From: Chloroflexia bacterium
Lineage (GTDB): Bacteria > Chloroflexota > Chloroflexia > QHBQ01 > JADMIH01
Direction: 5' to 3'
NCBI GenBank assembly: GCA_038246925.1
Contig: JBBRVL010000001.1
Coordinates: forward strand, 1-46,966
DNA: 46,966 bases
Shown here: one piece after another, positions 44,270 through 46,966 of the stretch
Position numbering within the stretch: the first letter of the stretch is position 1
Layout: every line of letters begins with the position of its first letter
Notes under the pieces: model-generated
Database searches by the model: none
Told to the model about the DNA's origin: nothing
What the model saw: the letters and a program-made list of their open reading frames with translations, nothing else
Made by a program: the position numbers and the translations under genes

Positions 44270-45424
44270 ATGGCGAACGTACAATTTGACAACGTCGTAA
44301 AGATGTACGGTAACGTTCAAGCCGTGAGCGACCTCAACCTGGTAGTCCAGGACAAGGAGTTCATGGTGCTCGTCGGACCCTCCGGGTGCGGAAAGTCGAC
44401 CGCGCTCAGGATGATTGCGGGCCTTGAGGAAATCTCCGCGGGTACGATCTCAATTGGGGATCGCGTAGTAAACAACGTTGCGCCGAAAGACCGAGACATC
44501 GCAATGGTCTTCCAGAACTACGCGCTTTACCCGCATATGAACGTTTTCGACAACATGGGCTTTGCTCTGAAGCTCAGACGTATGCCGTCAGAGCAGATCA
44601 AGACGCGAGTTGAGGCGGTTGCCGACAGCCTGGGCATCAAGCACCTTCTGGCGCGCAAGCCGAGGCAGCTTTCAGGCGGGCAGCGCCAGCGCGTAGCCCT
44701 GGGCAGGGCTATCGTACGCGAGCCGCAGGTCTTCCTGATGGACGAGCCACTATCTAACCTTGATGCAAAGATGCGCGTCCAAACACGAGCCGAGATCAAC
44801 AAGCTGCACCAGCGGCTCCAGACGACCACGGTCTATGTTACCCATGACCAGGTGGAAGCCATGACTATGGGCGACCGGATCGCCGTCATGAAGGATGGAC
44901 TTCTGCAGCAGGTTGATACTCCCAAGAACATCTTCAACAACCCGGTGAATATGTTCGTGGCCGGTTTCATCGGCACACCCCCGATGAACATCAATTCCAT
45001 GCGTGTAGTAAGGCAGGGCGAGGAGCTTTATCTCACTGCCGCCAGTACAGGCCCTGATGGTGAAATCAAGCTAAGGGTGCCTTCCCGCTTCCGCAAGAAT
45101 ATCGAGCAATATGTTGACAAGGACGTAATGTTTGGACTACGCCCCCAGGACATCCATGATGCGCGTTATGCGCACGGCATGGCAGACGAAAACGACGACC
45201 CTCAGGACTTCGTGACTGTACGGAGCCAGGTTGACGTTGTAGAGCCGATGGGCAGCGAGATAAACCTTTACATACTGGTCGGCCAGCACTCGTTCATATC
45301 CCGCGTTGACGCTCGTACTGAAGTGTCGCCGGGCCAGACGTTCGACGCAGCATTTAACATGGACAAGATGCATGTCTTCGACCCAGAGACCCAGGCGTCG
45401 CTGATTGACAAGAATGCAAACTAG
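44270..45424 (+). CDS. ABC transporter ATP-binding protein, carbohydrate-importer type (MalK/UgpC/MsiK-like)
   Basis: Walker A motif GPSGCGKST. Signature LSGGQRQRVALGRA. Walker B motif VFLMDEPLSNLD. C-terminal regulatory (TOBE-like) domain. Strong Shine-Dalgarno sequence AAAGGAGGAG. Confidence 0.9.
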   Translation: MANVQFDNVVKMYGNVQAVSDLNLVVQDKEFMVLVGPSGCGKSTALRMIAGLEEISAGTISIGDRVVNNVAPKDRDIAMVFQNYALYPHMNVFDNMGFALKLRRMPSEQIKTRVEAVADSLGIKHLLARKPRQLSGGQRQRVALGRAIVREPQVFLMDEPLSNLDAKMRVQTRAEINKLHQRLQTTTVYVTHDQVEAMTMGDRIAVMKDGLLQQVDTPKNIFNNPVNMFVAGFIGTPPMNINSMRVVRQGEELYLTAASTGPDGEIKLRVPSRFRKNIEQYVDKDVMFGLRPQDIHDARYAHGMADENDDPQDFVTVRSQVDVVEPMGSEINLYILVGQHSFISRVDARTEVSPGQTFDAAFNMDKMHVFDPETQASLIDKNAN

Positions 45425-45452
45425 AAACTAGGTTTGGAGGACTTCACAAGTA

Positions 45453-46145
45453 ATGGCAAACGAACACAAAACGTATGAGTTGACGGTTGAGCCTCGCACG
45501 GTAATCGGCAAGCAGAGCAGGCAGTTGCGTAGGCAATATCTCATTCCGGCCGTGGTCTATGGCCCTAATATCGACCCACAGAGCATTCAGGTGCCAATTA
45601 AGGAGCTTGAGCGTGTCTACCTGCGGGCAGGCAACATCACCCTTATAGACCTCAAGGTTGGCGACGGAACCACGTCGCGCAAGGTGTTCATTCACAATGT
45701 GCAGCGCAATCCGGTCAACCACGGTCTGATACATGTTGATTTCCTTGAAGTGAACCTGCGCGAAGAGATGACCGTCTCTGTCCCCATCAATTTGGTTGGG
45801 GAAGCGCCCGCTGTCCATCGTCACGAAGGCCTGTTGATGAGCGCGCTCGATCACGTGCAGGTACGCGCCTTGCCGATGGACCTGCCGCCTGGCCTCGACC
45901 TTGACATAAGTAGTCTCGAAGAGGTCGATCAGGCGCTCCACGTGTCTGACCTGACCATACCCGGCAACGTAACTCTACTCACCCCCGAAGACGAGATGGT
46001 AGTCAAAATCACCTCGCTGCCGGTGGAAGAGGTTGAGGAAGTTGAAGAGGCTGAAGAAGGTGCTGAGGGCGAGGCTGCCGAAGGTGGAGAAGCGGGCGAG
46101 TCGGCTGACAATGCCGGTGGCGCTGCTTCCGAAGACGAAAGCTAA
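45453..46145 (+). CDS. rplY: 50S ribosomal protein L25/general stress protein Ctc with an acidic C-terminal tail
   Basis: GKQSRQLRRQYLIPAVVYG...IHVDFLEV. The tail is rich in Glu/Ala/Gly. Confidence 0.85.
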   Translation: MANEHKTYELTVEPRTVIGKQSRQLRRQYLIPAVVYGPNIDPQSIQVPIKELERVYLRAGNITLIDLKVGDGTTSRKVFIHNVQRNPVNHGLIHVDFLEVNLREEMTVSVPINLVGEAPAVHRHEGLLMSALDHVQVRALPMDLPPGLDLDISSLEEVDQALHVSDLTIPGNVTLLTPEDEMVVKITSLPVEEVEEVEEAEEGAEGEAAEGGEAGESADNAGGAASEDES

Positions 46146-46178
46146 CGTTCACACAAGCTCCGTTACAACACGAGATAG

Positions 46179-46207
46179 GGAGGCTGCCAGAGAGCAGCCT
46201 CCTTTTT
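46179..46207 (+). terminator. Rho-independent terminator after the L25 gene
   Basis: GGAGGCTGC-cagaga-GCAGCCTCC followed by TTTTT. Confidence 0.75.
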
Positions 46208-46281
46208 GTGAGGATACGCTTGTAACGCAGGGGAGGATATAAGCGTATGTTTAATGTGAAACAATGTAAGAGGACTATTTA

Positions 46282-46545
46282 ATGAATGAGCTCTTTCAAG
46301 TCGCCAATTTTCTGCTGACTGTGATAAGCCTCGCAGTGCTTGCGCGGGCACTGCTCTCATGGTTTTATCCTGTGGGCAAGGACCCCTGGACCCGACTTCT
46401 GGTGGACGTTACCGAGCCGCTACTCGCCCCCGTTCGCGCCTTACTCAGTCGGGTGATGCCTATCCCGATTGATTTCTCGCCCTTTGTCGTTCTAATTCTC
46501 ATCCGATTATTGCAGGGCATGCTCGTTACGGCGTATTACGGCTGA
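46282..46545 (+). CDS. YggT family membrane protein
   Basis: 87 aa with two TM segments. LARALLSWF...DPWTRLLVDVTEPLLAPVR is the typical YggT pattern. Confidence 0.8.
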   Translation: MNELFQVANFLLTVISLAVLARALLSWFYPVGKDPWTRLLVDVTEPLLAPVRALLSRVMPIPIDFSPFVVLILIRLLQGMLVTAYYG

Positions 46546-46568
46546 TACTCCGTGCAATTTAAGATGGC

Positions 46569-46602
46569 AAAAGGGGGCAGAGATCACTTCTCTGCCCCTT
46601 TT
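46569..46602. terminator. Bidirectional rho-independent terminator between yggT and the convergent SLH gene
   Basis: AAAA-GGGGCAGAGA-tcact-TCTCTGCCCC-TTTT: a 10-bp perfect stem flanked by an A-tract and a T-tract. Confidence 0.75.
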
Positions 46603-46620
46603 GCTGGTAAGAGAATTAGC

Positions 46621-46966
46621 TTATTCTTCTATGTTCTCGCCTGGTTCATTCGGTTTCGTCTGCTCAGTGTATTTTAGCGCCCGATAAATAACAATGCTAA
46701 CGTCGCTTCGCGTGGCTGCTGCATCAGGATAGAAATTGCCATCGGTGTCGGCGGCGATAATGCCGCGCACTCTTGCCGTCTCAATATATGCCGACAGGGG
46801 ATGTCGGGCGGGCACATCGAGGATAAGACCAGCGCTTGATTTGCTCAGGGGCCAGCCCGCCGATTGCACAAGCGACCTTATCAGCTCGCCACGCGAAATC
46901 GCGCTATTGGGCCGGAAGGTGCCGTCCGAGTAGCCGCGCATCACGCCTCTAGCAGAAACGGTCTCA
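46621..46966 (-). CDS. S-layer homology (SLH) domain protein, C-terminal part (5' end lies outside the window)
   Basis: RGYSDGTFRPNSAISRGELI and DGNFYPDAAATRSDVSIVIYRAL are SLH-type repeats. The reading frame stays open to the window edge. Confidence 0.7.
   Translation of the reverse strand, partial: ETVSARGVMRGYSDGTFRPNSAISRGELIRSLVQSAGWPLSKSSAGLILDVPARHPLSAYIETARVRGIIAADTDGNFYPDAAATRSDVSIVIYRALKYTEQTKPNEPGENIEE

Overview
The window is mostly a conserved chromosomal backbone from a moderately GC-rich bacterium. The lineage is unresolved; Thr/Pro-rich linkers, an SLH protein and leaderless-type promoters suggest a monoderm Chloroflexota-like organism, but that is weak inference. There are three blocks. 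(1) 108-17336, + strand: a tightly packed envelope-glycan locus. It holds a DUF971 protein, two SAM methyltransferases, seven GT4 glycosyltransferases, two large polytopic GT-C-like membrane proteins and one Wzx/MOP-type flippase. It has no recognisable priming transferase, polymerase, chain-length regulator or sugar-nucleotide genes. This is the only accessory-looking region and the best candidate for an undescribed system. (2) 17333-28723, - strand: housekeeping genes hpt, tilS, a lipoprotein, tRNA(CAT), a 7-repeat beta-propeller protein, pepF, initiator tRNA-fMet, an ftsB-like gene, gatA, gatC, an alpha/beta hydrolase and rodA. (3) 29088-46545, + strand: darA-like gene, RumA-type rRNA methyltransferase, rpsF-ssb-rpsR, a parvulin PPIase, a complete F1Fo ATP synthase operon, mreB, an orphan MalK-like ATPase, L25/Ctc and yggT, followed by a partial SLH protein on the - strand. 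The ATP synthase operon is interrupted by an extra membrane-protein gene and by a 176-bp nested palindrome. Intergenic regions are unusual: 7-9 bp tandem repeats recur, often assembled into long inverted repeats beside near-consensus promoters. One heptamer tract lies inside the 5' end of a glycosyltransferase gene. No CRISPR array, rRNA, transposase or integrase gene was seen.
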